The position numbers and the translations under genes were made by a program. From positions 112,530,001-112,594,000 of the forward strand of contig NC_043003.1 in assembly GCF_006345805.1 (NCBI RefSeq): a stretch of 64,000 nucleotides of DNA, in the 5' to 3' direction. This stretch comes from Octopus sinensis (lineage: Eukaryota). The notes beneath the pieces were generated by a model. It was not told where the DNA came from. It searched no databases and saw nothing but the letters and a program-made list of their open reading frames with translations. Shown here in pieces: positions 38,952 to 52,165 of this stretch. Position 1 is the stretch's first letter. Each line of letters starts with the position of its first letter.

Positions 38952-41036
38952 CAATCTTTGCAGTAGTGGTTGTTTCAACAGTGTAATCATTCATCTCGAA
39001 CACAGACATAAAGAAGAATTTATTACGACGAGATTTTAAACCGAGAAGTGAGTGTGATGAATTTGGGTGTCATTTTTGTTAACTTACTCTTTGTAACCAT
39101 TCCTGCCAACCCGTCTTCCTTCTCCACAGAAAAATGCTAAGTAAGATAATTAATACACGATAGAGAAAAAAAATGAAAAACCGCTAATAATGAATGAAGA
39201 AAATTAATAAATAAAAAAGGGTGACAGCAAAAGTGAAATAAGACGAGAAAATAAATGAGATTCAAACACAACAGAGAAAGGATGAGGTAATGAAGTTGGG
39301 AAGGAATGATAAGAGGAGTGAGAAACAGAGAAATGTGTTGTTATTGATTTCAAATTGAATCATTTTTGCAATATCAGCTAAGAGAAATGATGGAAAAAAA
39401 TATTAATTACAATTGAATTTCTAAAAAGCAGAACTAAAGAAAGAAATGTATTTTGAAATACGACAACAAATACAATAATATTATTAATGTCTGTGACATT
39501 TCTTTTCTCGTTCTGCATCTGTTCACATTCATAATTCGTTTCCATAGTAAAAGAAGTTCTCAGCAAGCCAAGCCAAAACACTGTTTCAGTCCTCTGATTA
39601 ATTCATTCTTCACCGTTAATATTATAGAGAAACTTATTAAAACTACAACACATAATTTCTTCTATTGCAAAATCATCATGCATTGTGTCCAGTCAAAAAT
39701 AATTTACTCATTTGTTTATTATGAGCTAAAATAAAATGAACAAAACAAATCTATTGCTACTTTTTCTCAACCTTCTTTTAATGGTTTTGTAATAAGGAAG
39801 CTGTATCCAAGAAGCTGGCTTTCTGAGACCATTAACAACTGTTGTAGGAAAAACACGTTCGATGAAGGAATGCCAGGAAGGACTGTGAGTAGAGATTAGA
39901 GCCGTGTAATAGGGAGAAAACACAGCAAAGCGGAGGAGTGATTAATGTAATGGACAGGCTTGGCTAGACATGGTAGTAACCTACTCACTCCAAGTAACAA
40001 AGCTTGTTGAAGTAACATAATAGAGGAATGTGTGGGCTAGAGAGCTCTATTGATGATTTACTTCATATTAATCTGATGATTACCAATCTTTGGTATATAT
40101 CCTATGATATCTGTTTATGTAGCAGTAGTACGGTACTGAATATAGAAGGAATATTCTATTGTCAATCTTACAGGAGCTTTGTTTAGAGGACGTCCAGTGA
40201 ATTCATCAAAGTTCAATACCTCGTCGGGCAATTAGTTGCCAGTATCCAAGTCTTAGGACATTTTCATTCTCTTGATCCTTTCTATGACATTTTCATGGTT
40301 CTGTTATTCTGCCATAGTTACTAAATATCACTTAACACATACAGTAATACAGTTTACTAACTTTAATCAGCTATTGGAGGTTAGAAATATGCATCAATCT
40401 TAAACCTATTAATTCCACAAAATCTCAATTTATGGGGGAAACAAAATATTCCTTTTTCAAACTCTTCACTCACAATATTTACTAACATAAAAATTCGTTC
40501 GATCACCTCTTGCACAGAAAGACTCTAAATTCTGTTGTAAGTCGAACATTTTCCTCATTTTCCTAGTTTCTGTGTTCACCGATTCTTTTCAAATAGTATG
40601 CGGCAATTTTCTTTGAGCAGTCAACCAGGCTACTTCTAGAGTAGCCACTGATGCCGAACGTTGATCAAATGCTGCATTCTCGTATGTTTCTAATCTTTGC
40701 TATTTTATAAATAGTTACAAATTGTTGCAGTATCCCCCGCGGCAGAAAAGAGAAACGAAAGTGTAAATGGTCAAAGTCTTTCGTCAATAGATTCTTTCTG
40801 GGAAGCTCTGACATCAGCACTTTCAAAGAGATTATATATTGTGGCTTCTTCGACCGCTGCCTTCTATTTCTTTGAAGCCATAAGTGAAGAACTCTGCGAG
40901 GCATTGCCGACACCGCATATACATCATTACTTATCAATGTTGGGAGGTATTTGATAAAATCATTAGTTAGAAGCCTCAGTTATATATATATATAAGTGAA
41001 TTCTTTAGAATTCACTAGAATCTCAATCACTTAACC

Positions 41037-41072
<36 letters not shown>

Positions 41073-41088
41073 ACCGTGTGTGTGTGTA

Positions 41089-41156
<68 letters not shown>

Positions 41157-41279
41157 TGTGCGTGTGTGCATGTATCTACGTATGTATTTTCAGAAAACCA
41201 TCCTGCGAGCATTCTATCGGCCGATGTTGCAAAGTTATACATTGAACGCATACATTCCCCACCGAACTATATATATATA

Positions 41280-42420
41280 TAGGAAGGAGAGTCAAAAATT
41301 ATACGTAGTCTTGTTTTTTCAATGTATTTATGCAACAGCAGGCGATAAACAAGTACATCATTTTTCTATCTTGTCTCCTTCCTTTTCGATTCACTTTGTC
41401 CAGCTGTCCACATGCTTGCGTGTTCCCTCCAAGAAGAAGGTTTTGAATTGATCGTACATTTATGCATTTATGCACCGTTTCCTTCACATCTTCATCCAAA
41501 GGAAATCGACGAGCTCATAAACCATCTTTCAGTGGTTCAAAGATATGAGAGTTGGAAGTGGCGAGATCTGAGCTGTTGGCGGGGTGTTCCAGTACCTCAA
41601 AACCCAATTGGTTAATGGTTGGCCGTGTGTGAGCGTGCATTGTCATGCAACAACAAAACTTTCTTCAACATTAGGCTCCGGCTTTTGGTACGAATGTTGG
41701 CTTCACTTTGTTGGCCAACAAAGCACTGCATCTTGCACTGTTGATCGTACACCGATTTACCAGGTAGTCTTCCACTACAGGTCGCTTTGAGTTCCAAAAT
41801 GGGTTAGTATCACCTTTCCCGCGGAAGACTGAAACTTGAATTTCTTCGTCACTGGCGAGCCAGGATGTTGCCACTCCATATTCTGTCTTTTTGATTCTGC
41901 TTCATAATAATGCACCCACGTTTCATCTCCTTACTTGCTGTCATTGTTGCAGCGATCGAGTAAACGTTGGCAGCCCTCAAGACTTCTGCGATTGTTTTCT
42001 GCAGTAAGCTCATCTTGCACCGACTTTATGGAAGCCAACCACATCGTGGATGATTTGATAGGCAGAAACATGCCTAATCTTCAGAAAACGATGATAACTT
42101 GTCGGTTCACCATTACAATCTCTCGATCTTGCTGCATCTTCTCGTCAGTGGTGGGGGTTTGACGGGCATCCTGTTCCCTCTTCGTACATCACGCTTGTCC
42201 GGCCACTTTTAAACTTCTTAATACACTAATACGCATTTCTACGCGGTAGTGCACTGTCCCAGGATTGTGCTAAAAGCCTCCGATGAATTTTTGCATCTGG
42301 CATACCACCCAACCGGAGAAATCGGATCACTGCTCTTTGTTCTTCTTTGGTGCACATTGTTAGCGGAGTGGCAAAGCTTACACTGTAAAGTCAGAAAGAA
42401 AAAATGACGCGATCAGGTTC
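41280..42420 (-). mobile_element. Decayed mariner transposon
   Basis: MCTKEEQRAVIRFL, GDETWVHYYE, SAGKVIL, LLHDNARSH, EHPANSSDLATSN (YSPDLAPSD-like); TIR-like GGAAGGAGAGTCAAAAATTAT at ~41282; many frameshifts. Confidence 0.9.
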
Positions 42421-42609
42421 AAAGTTCGATCACGTGATGACAATATTACTAACTATAAGTAGGTAGAGAGTGGGGGTAGAGGTGGGGTATGTGGGAGAGG
42501 GTGTAAGTGATAGGATGGGGTGGATGGGAAGGATAGAGAAGGTGTATTAGGAATGTGTAGGAGTGGGGTGGGCTGCACATACTATATCTAGTTTTAATAG
42601 TTTTTGATA

Positions 42610-42989
42610 TCTCTCTCTATATAAACGGCAGTTTGTCTGTGCGTGTTTCTGTGTGTCTGTTTGCTTGTACCCTCACTCTGACCACGGCTTTCAACCAATT
42701 CTGATGAAACTTGACACACACATAGCCCAATGTCATAATTCAAAACTAACGCAGCAAAAAGTTTGAAAAGTTCCCCCAGTTCTGAAAAAAATCGATAAAT
42801 TGGACATGGGGTCGAGAATCAGAAACACAAACCGCAAACTGTCTAGGGGACGCAACTCCACCTTTTTAACTAAAAAAAAATTTACCATCATTTTTTTCCA
42901 TTTTTTGCTGTTTTTTGGCTATAACTCTCTAAAAATGCTTTATAGTTATTTCCCTTACAAACCTGAGCAACGCCAGGCGATACTGCTAG
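42610..42989 (+). mobile_element. Non-autonomous Helitron (family D2)
   Basis: A|TC ... CCTGAGCAACGCCAGGCGATACTGCTAG|T. Confidence 0.85.
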
Positions 42990-43474
42990 TATTTATATAA
43001 TCTTTAACATATTTTATATTGTGTTTGTCGGCTGGTGTCGCATTCGCTAACCATGACAATGAAATTATTGTAATTTCATGTTTTCTTAAGAAGATTTTAG
43101 TCCATGTTATTTGTGGAGAAGTTTCTGAATAAATTATTCAACAAGTAGAAAAATCTGAGGGGCGGGGTAATTGATGATCGTTGTTATTGGGGACAGGGGA
43201 GGTAATTGCTTATCCATCGGTGAAGGGCTGACTAAATATACACAAAAACTCAAAAAGCTAACGTAGTGAGATGAAATATGCACAGTGATGGGTATGCGAT
43301 CATGAATTAAAATATATACTGAGATCAAAGTTGGTCATGCGTTCATATTTAGACGTGTTCGGTATTTTTCGATGAACAAAATTTCTTTACTTAAATGTTC
43401 TGGTATAGAAATTGTTTCTTTGCACTGGTAATATCCAATATCCAAAGAAACATCACAGTCCTTCCCATCAATAT

Positions 43475-43525
<51 letters not shown>

Positions 43526-43527
<2 letters not shown>

Positions 43528-43912
43528 TGGAAGCACTCCGTCGGTTACGACGACGAGGGTTCCGGTTGATCCGAATCAACGGAACAGCCTGCTCGTGAAA
43601 TTAACGTGTAAGTGGCTGAGCACTCCACAGACACGTGCACCCTTAACGTAGTTCTCGGGGATATTCAGGGTGACACAGAGAGTGACAAGGCCGGCCCTTT
43701 GAAATACAGGTACAACAGAAACAGGAAGTAAGAGTGAGAGTAAGTTGTGGTGAAAGAGTACAGCAGGGATCACCACCATCCCCTACCGGAGCCTCGTGGA
43801 GCTTTAGGTGTTTTCGCTCAATAAACACTCACAACGCCCGGTCTGGGAATCGAAACCGCGATCCTATGACCGCGAGTCCGCTGCCCTAACCACTGGGCCA
43901 TTGCGCCTCCAC
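43526..43912 (-). mobile_element. tRNA-derived SINE, family C, full length
   Basis: Near-identical to 38568-38951; flanked by (TA)n. Confidence 0.92.
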
Positions 43913-43934
43913 TATATATATATATATATATATA

Positions 43935-44310
43935 TCTCTCTATATATAAACGGCAGTTTGTCTGTGCGTGTTTCTGTGTGTCTGTTTTCTCGTACCCTCA
44001 CCCTGACCACGGCTTTCAACTGATTCTGATGAGACTTGACACACACATAGCCCATGTCATAATTCAAAACTAACGCAGCGAAAATTTTGAAAAGTTCCCC
44101 CAGTTCTGAAAAAGATCGGTAATTCGACATGGGGTCGACAATCAGAAACACAAATCACAGGGGATGCAACTCGACCTTTTTAACTATCAAAAAAAAAATT
44201 TACCATCATTTTTTTTCCCATTTTTTTGCTATTTTTTGGCTATAACTCTCTAAAAATGCTTTATAGTTATTTCCCTTACAAACCCGAGCAACGCCGGGCG
44301 ATACTGCTAG
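43935..44310 (+). mobile_element. Non-autonomous Helitron (family D2)
   Basis: A|TC ... CCCGAGCAACGCCGGGCGATACTGCTAG|T; collinear with 42610-42989. Confidence 0.85.
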
Positions 44311-44668
44311 TATATATATAAATAGGTTTAGTAATACACTGACGGTGGATTGAGTGCCTAAGTGGTTACGATTTTGCATGCATGGCCGTAAGATTGTCGT
44401 TTCAATACCATGACCGGCTGATGCGTTCAGCAAAGCACTACTTTCACGTTGTTTCAGTTAACTCAACTGGCAAAAAGGAGTAATTCGGTACCCCATCCAA
44501 AGGGAACATATACGCCACAGTATACGGCACAGTATATTGAATACACAGACGATATTTTCGTTCTGAATTATAGTTTTCTATAATACAGTTCTATATTTAA
44601 GAGATGAGGAATTATGTACATTGTTTACATTATTCACATTTGACGGATATTTTCCTCATCTTTGTTGT

Positions 44669-44715
44669 TAACAGAACTTTTCGGCTGATATACTCTCCGG
44701 TCTTTATCAGGTGTC
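44669..44715 (-). ncRNA. Degenerate minimal hammerhead motif (left arm)
   Basis: GACAC-CUGAUAA-AGAC..CAGCC-GAAAAGUU-CUGUU; G8>A and C15.2>A lesions. Confidence 0.45.
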
Positions 44716-44768
44716 TTGAGGAAATTTCGAACCTGGGTTCTCATTCCTAAGGTATTTTTCGGTGTTAC

Positions 44769-44817
<49 letters not shown>

Positions 44818-45065
44818 ATTCAGGCCACTATCTGGAATCGAACTTGCTGTAGTGGTTAAGAGCACGGGGTTACTAAATTCAAGATTCCGAGTCCGATTCC
44901 AGGTAGTGACCTTAATAATAATAATAATAATAATAATAATATAATAATAATAATAATAATATAATAATAATAATAATATTAATAATAATGATATTAATAA
45001 TAATAATAATAATGATATTAATAATAATAATAATAATAATAGTGATATTAATAATAATAATAATG

Positions 45066-45148
<83 letters not shown>

Positions 45149-45172
45149 TTAATAATAATAATAATAATAATA

Positions 45173-45210
<38 letters not shown>

Positions 45211-45262
45211 CAACATCGAAAAATACCTTAGGAATGAGAACCCAGGTTCGAAATTTCTCCAA

Positions 45263-45308
45263 GACACCGGATGAAGGCAGGAGAGTATATCCGCCGAAAC
45301 GTTCTGTT
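45263..45308 (+). ncRNA. Degenerate minimal hammerhead motif (right arm)
   Basis: GACAC-CGGAUGA-AGGC..GCC-GAAACGUU-CUGUU; U4>G lesion, palindromic AACGUU stem III. Confidence 0.55.
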
Positions 45309-47204
45309 AACAACAAAGAAGATGAGGACAAATATCCGTCAAATGTAAATAATGTATATAGTTTTCTGTGTTTATTATATAAAATTTACATATCTTATGG
45401 AGGTGAATGAAAGACATGATCATTTTTTAACACGAATAAATCTCTGATGTTTCTAGTTAGTAATCTGTATTTAATAATTTTGAAGTGATGATGATGCCTT
45501 CCGCTGACAGCTGCATACCTAAAGGAGAAGGACATAGCGTATATACAGCACAAGTTAGATTTGAACAAAAACCAAAGACTCTTACTTTTTAAGAAATAAA
45601 TCCTGCAAGTATTATAGAATTAAGACTCATCAGTTTTAATCACAGGAATGGTTTGGAAAATGCTTTGCGACCTTTCCTAAGAATAAAAGTTTACACTTCA
45701 ATCTCGAGTTCAACAATATTTTTAAATTTTTGCCACTATATGAAAAAAATTGTTTAAATATGTTTATGCTGGCTTCTCATTTCATTAGAAATTATTTAAA
45801 AGAATATATTATTGAACGTAAATATCAGTTGCATCTAATTATTTAAATTTACACACAAATAATGATTTATTTCTAAAGGTCAAATTACATTAAATATATA
45901 ATATAAAGCTATTTCAAAAATACAAATTTAAAATAATTACGAAAATCATCCGTTATTTAGTCATAAATTGAATAATGAAAGACAGCCTTCCTTACATTGA
46001 GAGCTTCGAATATTTATTCACAACAAAATACTAACAAGAAGAGACAGTTATATATTTTTTAAATATATTATGTTATTTCAAAATCGGTTGATACTAAAGC
46101 TCTAGAAGTTTATGGACGATTGAAAATGTAAAAAAAATCTTTTATAGGCTGGATAGGCGCAATAATGGTGCTAAATTATTGATTATATTTATCGTGTGTG
46201 CGTATGTGAAGTAAAAATTTTGCAACCTCAGCAGTTCGAATGGGAAAAAATGTTATTACTCTCTAAAAGTTTCACAGTTCACTTGACATAAAAATTGAAT
46301 AAAACATATAGTTTACCTCTCATGACAATGAACTTTGTAAAAATCAAGGAAACAGTATAAGCTCCAGAACGAAAACAGTTAAACTGTTAATACAATATAA
46401 TTTTTGAATAACACTACATTTATGTAACATCATAAATGTTATACCAAAAAAAAAATTTACCAAAGTGTTAAGTAATAAAACAGCCTCTTCGTTTTTACAC
46501 ATGAACGAGAAAGAGATTGCAAAAAGTATTTCTCTGACCGCGTGTATTACATCCGAAATGTATATTTTTACCTTTTTGAGGAAATTTGCTACTCCTCATA
46601 AATCTGCGCTCTGCTAAATCAAAGATATAACAATTTACTCACAAGTTGAGTGATTTTTTAAAAGTGTCTTTCATTGCCTATCGGCTCACGAACATTTACC
46701 ATTATTAACGTTGATGTTTCTAAACAACGGTTAAAGTAAGAAAAAAATATAACTTTAGTCATAAATTTTGTGGTACTAAATTACCTTACTTTACATTCTG
46801 GTTTCAAATCCTACTGAGACAGGCATTGTTATACATTCTTCCAAGATCATTGTGATACGAAGGATTCATAGAAATAAGGAGATTTAATCGAATTTTCAAT
46901 TCATCTGATTTTCTGAGCCGTACGCAAATGCTACAAATATACATTGGCATGTTCTACTGTAGTACTGGAATATTCGGCTGAGCTAGAACTACTTTAATAA
47001 TATCTATATTCCTATATTATTTTACAAGTTTCAGTCAGTAGTAAATGTCCAGTTTGTGGTACCAACGTCAAGGATGTGGAATGGATTCCTGTACATTGTC
47101 TGGTTGGCACTTCTTTCATCGATGTCACGAAAGAAGTCAGTGAAATGTTGTCAACTTAATGTGACAGTCCTATTGTACTACTACTGCTTATATCTCTCTG
47201 AGAT

Positions 47205-47436
47205 TAAGCGGCGAGCTGACAGAAACGTTAGCACGCCAGGCAAAATGCGTTGCCGTATTTCGTCTGCCGTTACGTTCTGAGTTCAAATTCCTCCGAGGTC
47301 GACTTTGCCTTTCATCCTTTCGGGATCGATAAATTAAGTACCAGTTTCGCAATGGGGTCGATGTAATCGACGAAATCCCTTTGTCTGTCCTTGTTTGTCC
47401 TCCATGTTTAGCTCCTTGTGGGCAGTAAAAGAAATA
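47205..47436 (+). mobile_element. tRNA-derived SINE, family A, with 16-bp TSD
   Basis: TSD TATATCTCTCTGAGAT at 47189-47204 and 47437-47452. Confidence 0.92.
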
Positions 47437-47462
47437 TATATCTCTCTGAGATATTTAGAAAT

Positions 47463-47556
<94 letters not shown>

Positions 47557-47560
47557 ATAC

Positions 47561-47610
<50 letters not shown>

Positions 47611-47614
<4 letters not shown>

Positions 47615-48017
47615 AGGATTATTTGCCAACATAATGTCGCAGTCCTGGTTAGGATGAGTGTTACTGTTATTTAGCCCTAGGAAAGATCGTCTCCAGCTGG
47701 CTATACGACACACTGTGTCCTTATATTTCCGAACAAGGAAGTTTAGCGTCCCCACTCGGCACAAAGCAATCTGCGTATTGCAGTTCCCAGATTATTTTCC
47801 TTCGTCAGCACAGGATAACTGTTCGGCTAGAGCTGGTGCTGCCAAACACTTGTTCGAAATATATAATTTTCAAAGTGACACACAGTCACTGATCAAATAA
47901 TTAGAAAATTTATTATTTCTAAATCTCTCAACGAGAGACATTCAGCAACAGTGCTCTAGAGTAAAGATTATTTGCCAACATAATGTGGTAGTCCTGGTTA
48001 GGACGTATGTTACAGTT
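47611..48017. repeat. ~58-bp imperfect direct repeat, 349-bp period, abutting (TA)n
   Basis: AGTAAGGATTATTTGCCAACATAATGTCGCAGTCCTGGTTAGGA at 47611 and AGTAAAGATTATTTGCCAACATAATGTGGTAGTCCTGGTTAGGA at 47960. Confidence 0.8.
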
Positions 48018-48213
48018 TCCAGTCAAGAAAATTCTTTAAAATTCCAATTGTAATATATTTTCATCAAAAGGCGATTTGTTCAAAATAGCTTTATTATTGA
48101 AAACCTCAGTTGCGTGATTCCTTTAGAAAACTAATTTTGACTCACTACGAGTCACATTGGTTTTTTTTACAGATGCACTCCCTTCTCTTTCTGTCTGTCC
48201 GTCTCTTCCCGTC

Positions 48214-48251
<38 letters not shown>

Positions 48252-49045
48252 ATATATATTCATTTTCATTTTCGTCTAGTTTCAGCTCACGAGCTGTAGC
48301 AATGCTGGGGCACCGCCATTCGGTGTTGCTACATGATTTTACTTCACGAATGCTTTTTAGTAATTGACATTTGGTGCATGAGAGATTTTGATGCAGCTGC
48401 CCTCATCTGGGACAACTGACAGGAAGAGGTCCAGCTTTATTTTAAAAACATCCGCATCCAATATATATAAAGTATATATTCACTTAGTCTTCTTTTGGTC
48501 TCTCTCTACCAAATTCACTCGCAAAGCTTCAGTCGCTGAGGCTATAGAAAGCATTTACCCAAGGTACTGCCCTAATACCTTGTTCCTCTCTCACTCTCTG
48601 CCTCACCTTCATTCCTTGCAAGAAACTCCCTCTCCTATCCTCTCCTCCCTCTTTCTCTCCCTCAAATACTTCTATTCAATTGTTTACAATAATAATACTG
48701 ATTACACAGTTTTTCTTTTTGTTTCTTGCCTGCAATCCTCTGAGTCGTTCACCGTTTCTCTCCTTATAACTTTTCCACTCTTTTATCTTCATCTTTGTGA
48801 CTGTAACGTCTTCTCCCTTCCCTTCTCCTTCCATCTCTTTGTTAACCGCCCCTGTTTCCACTAGTCTTCATCTTTCTCTGTTCTTATAACTTGTCCTTCT
48901 GCATTCTTTGACTCTTTCCTTCTCGAGCCATGCCAGGCTCACAAGGACCGGTTTCCCGGTTTCAGTGGCGTAGAAATTCCCCACCTGGATGTATATATCA
49001 CAAATTGCAACGTGTTTGTGAGCTATTCGCAGCAATAACTTCAAT

Positions 49046-49271
49046 ACTCTCTTTACTCTTTTATTTGTTTCAGTCATTTGACTGCGGCCAAGCTGGAGCA
49101 CCGCCTTTAGTCGAGCAAATCGACCCCGGGACTTATTCTTTGTAAGCCCAGTACTTATTCTCTCGGTCTCTTTTTACCGAACCGCTAAGTGACGGGGACA
49201 TAAACACACCAGCATCGGTTGTCAAAGCAATGCTAGGGGGACAGACACAGACACACAAACACGCACATATA

Positions 49272-49316
<45 letters not shown>

Positions 49317-49481
49317 TACGACGGGCTTCTTTCAGTTTCCGTCTACCAAATCCACTCACAAGGCTTTGGTCGGCCCGAGGCTATAGTAGAAGACACTTGC
49401 CCAAGGTGCCACGCAGTGGGACTGAACCCGGTACCATGAGGTTGGTAGGCAACCTACTTACCACACAGCCACTCCTGCGCC
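49046..49481 (-). mobile_element. tRNA-derived SINE, family B, full length
   Basis: High identity to 20270-20696 in reverse. Confidence 0.92.
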
Positions 49482-49829
49482 GATACAAATACAAATCGAA
49501 CTTTCAGCACCGAGTTTTATGTCATTGCTTGAATGAATTCAAGCAATGACATAAACAATCATTAATCCCTAAATGGAAGAAAAAAACAACACCTGGTATC
49601 AAGCGAACACAAACTAGTTTAAGTCAAAACAAAAACTTGCCTTTCACATCCGTTCCTTCCACCCCAACATTATTAAGGTTACTTTCTTCCTCACCTCTCT
49701 TCTCCCACCTCCTTTATATGACTGCTTCTCCTTTCTCCCTTACAACCTCATTTTCACCACATTTATTTTGTATATACTGTACGTATTCACATCCATCAGA
49801 TGGAATATACCCGGAATATACGCTCTTGT

Positions 49830-49873
49830 AGATGGATGGATAGATAGATAAACAGACAGACAGACAGACAGAC

Positions 49874-49912
<39 letters not shown>

Positions 49913-49914
49913 AT

Positions 49915-49977
<63 letters not shown>

Positions 49978-50170
49978 TATAGGTAGATAGATAGATACAT
50001 AGATAGACAAACAGACAGACATACAGACAGACAGACAGATAGACAGACAGACATACAGACAGATAGATAGATAGATAGATAGATAGATGGAGAGAGAGAG
50101 AGAGACAGACAGAGAGAGAGAGACAGACAGAGAGAGAGAGACAGACAGAGAGAGAGAGACAGACAGAGAG
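49830..50170. repeat. (GATA/GACA)n then (GA)n compound microsatellite
   Basis: Direct inspection. Confidence 0.95.
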
Positions 50171-50316
50171 ATAAGGCTTGTGAGACTAAACTAAATCACA
50201 GCCATATCGTGTTGAGTAATCCGAAACTTCGAAGTCACTGTCACATTTTTCGTATAAAATAAATAAATAATAATACTCTAAACGCACAAACACGTTTCTG
50301 TCAGTCTCTATCTGTC

Positions 50317-50364
<48 letters not shown>

Positions 50365-50456
50365 ACTATGTCTCTTTCTCTTTATAGTTGTGTATTTGAT
50401 ATATATATATATGTGCGTGTGTGTGTGTGTGCATATACATACATATGCATATACGC

Positions 50457-50492
<36 letters not shown>

Positions 50493-50557
50493 GTATACAT
50501 ATGTGCGTGTGTGTACGTATATATGTATGTATATATATATATATATATATATCTTCA

Positions 50558-51089
50558 TTTTATCTTCATTTCACTTAATTTATCAAGCTTCTGTATTCCT
50601 AGCACATATTTCGCCTTAATGTACTGATATATGAAAAATATATGGCTTGTGTTAGTAATACCAGCGATTATAATTATTTTTATTTTATCGCAATTTGATT
50701 TGTTTACATATTTCTCGATAAATTATGAGCGCCAGGCGATATACCAGAATTCCCTAGTGTTGTCGGGACGTTCGGAGTCTGCGCAGTGATATGATTAGTT
50801 AGGGAGAGTAAATCATTAGACGCACATGCTTCTAGTGAGATCCCAGAAAAACAGGGTCTCACTGAAGACTTCTCCCTGAGCAAATAAATTATCTTTATTG
50901 CTGAAAAGAAAGAAACTGCAGTCTGAGAATTACCGGTTTAGTAAATGTTTTTATCTTCATTTCACTTAATTTATCAAGCTTCTGTATTCCTAGCACATAT
51001 TTCGCCTTAATGTACTGATATATGAAAAATATATGGCTTGTGTTAGTAATACCAGCGATTATAATTATTTTTATTTTATCGCAATTTGA

Positions 51090-51102
<13 letters not shown>
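50558..51102 (+). mobile_element. Partial-tandem ~391-bp unit with hammerhead (retrozyme or PLE pLTR-like), within (TA)n
   Basis: 154 bp identical at 50558-50711 and 50949-51102; hammerhead motif just upstream of the second copy; (TA)n on both flanks. Confidence 0.75.
50857..50928 (+). ncRNA. Type I hammerhead ribozyme motif with intact core
   Basis: UCUCA-CUGAAGA(50862-50868)-extended stem II-GAAA(50912-50915)-palindromic ACUGCAGU-C-UGAGA. Perfect 5-bp stem I, GUC triplet 50921-50923; stem II opens with a C.A mismatch. Confidence 0.75.
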
Positions 51103-51126
<24 letters not shown>

Positions 51127-51759
51127 TACGTATCATCTTTCTAATCATATTCGCTTTTATGTATCGCTTTATGACTTTTAAAACTTAAAAACAAAAATAT
51201 TTGAAACATAAACAACAAAAACAGAATGACAAATTGTTTGCTTGTCATTTTGTCTCGTCTTTATATTGCCTCATTAAATTATATAAAACAATATATTCTG
51301 AGCAAAATAAGATAGAATATCAGTAATCATTATGTGACTTTTCGGGAAAGATTTTTTAATAGATTTTTGAAAATTCAAAAGACATATATTTCTGCCACAC
51401 TAGATTTAGATGCTGATGTAAATACACTATTTTCTAGTTAGTTTAAATTTCTCTTGTGTTTATCTAATTGTGTCTTTACCAATATGTTGCATTAGTTCTT
51501 GTCTCTTTTGGGAGCTGGGGGTGGAATTTGGTACATTGTTTTATATTTTTGCTTTATTTGTGTACTTAGGCGTTGTACTACGGCTTTGTTTAGGCAACGG
51601 TTTTAATGTGCTTTCATCGATTTTATCTACCCAAGTATATATTTCCAACTCATACCTATTTTATTGATTTGTGTTTCGCGAAAAGCTAATTTGCGCTTTG
51701 AAATGAGGTACACATTGTTGGCTTCAACCGGTAAACATAAGCATACATGGGCTTACACA

Positions 51760-52165
<406 letters not shown>

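Larger units (their letters stand above)
44584..45356. mobile_element. Inverted dimer of a tRNA-headed, (AAT)n-containing, hammerhead-bearing element
   Basis: 44620-44843 is the inverted complement of 44891-45356 (head, AAT tract, body). B box GTTCGATTCC at 44834-44843 (-), A-box-like AGTGGTTAAG at 44851-44860, B-box-like GTCCGATTCC at 44891-44900. Confidence 0.8.

Noticed and set aside
40665-40937. 90-aa ORF in non-repetitive-looking sequence
   Set aside because: No recognisable domain or convincing splice sites; RNA-seq would be needed.
43845-43912. tRNA-like sequence (also at 14040, 20270, 38890, 49420)
   Set aside because: A and B boxes present but no complete cloverleaf; they continue into SINE bodies, one with a TSD.
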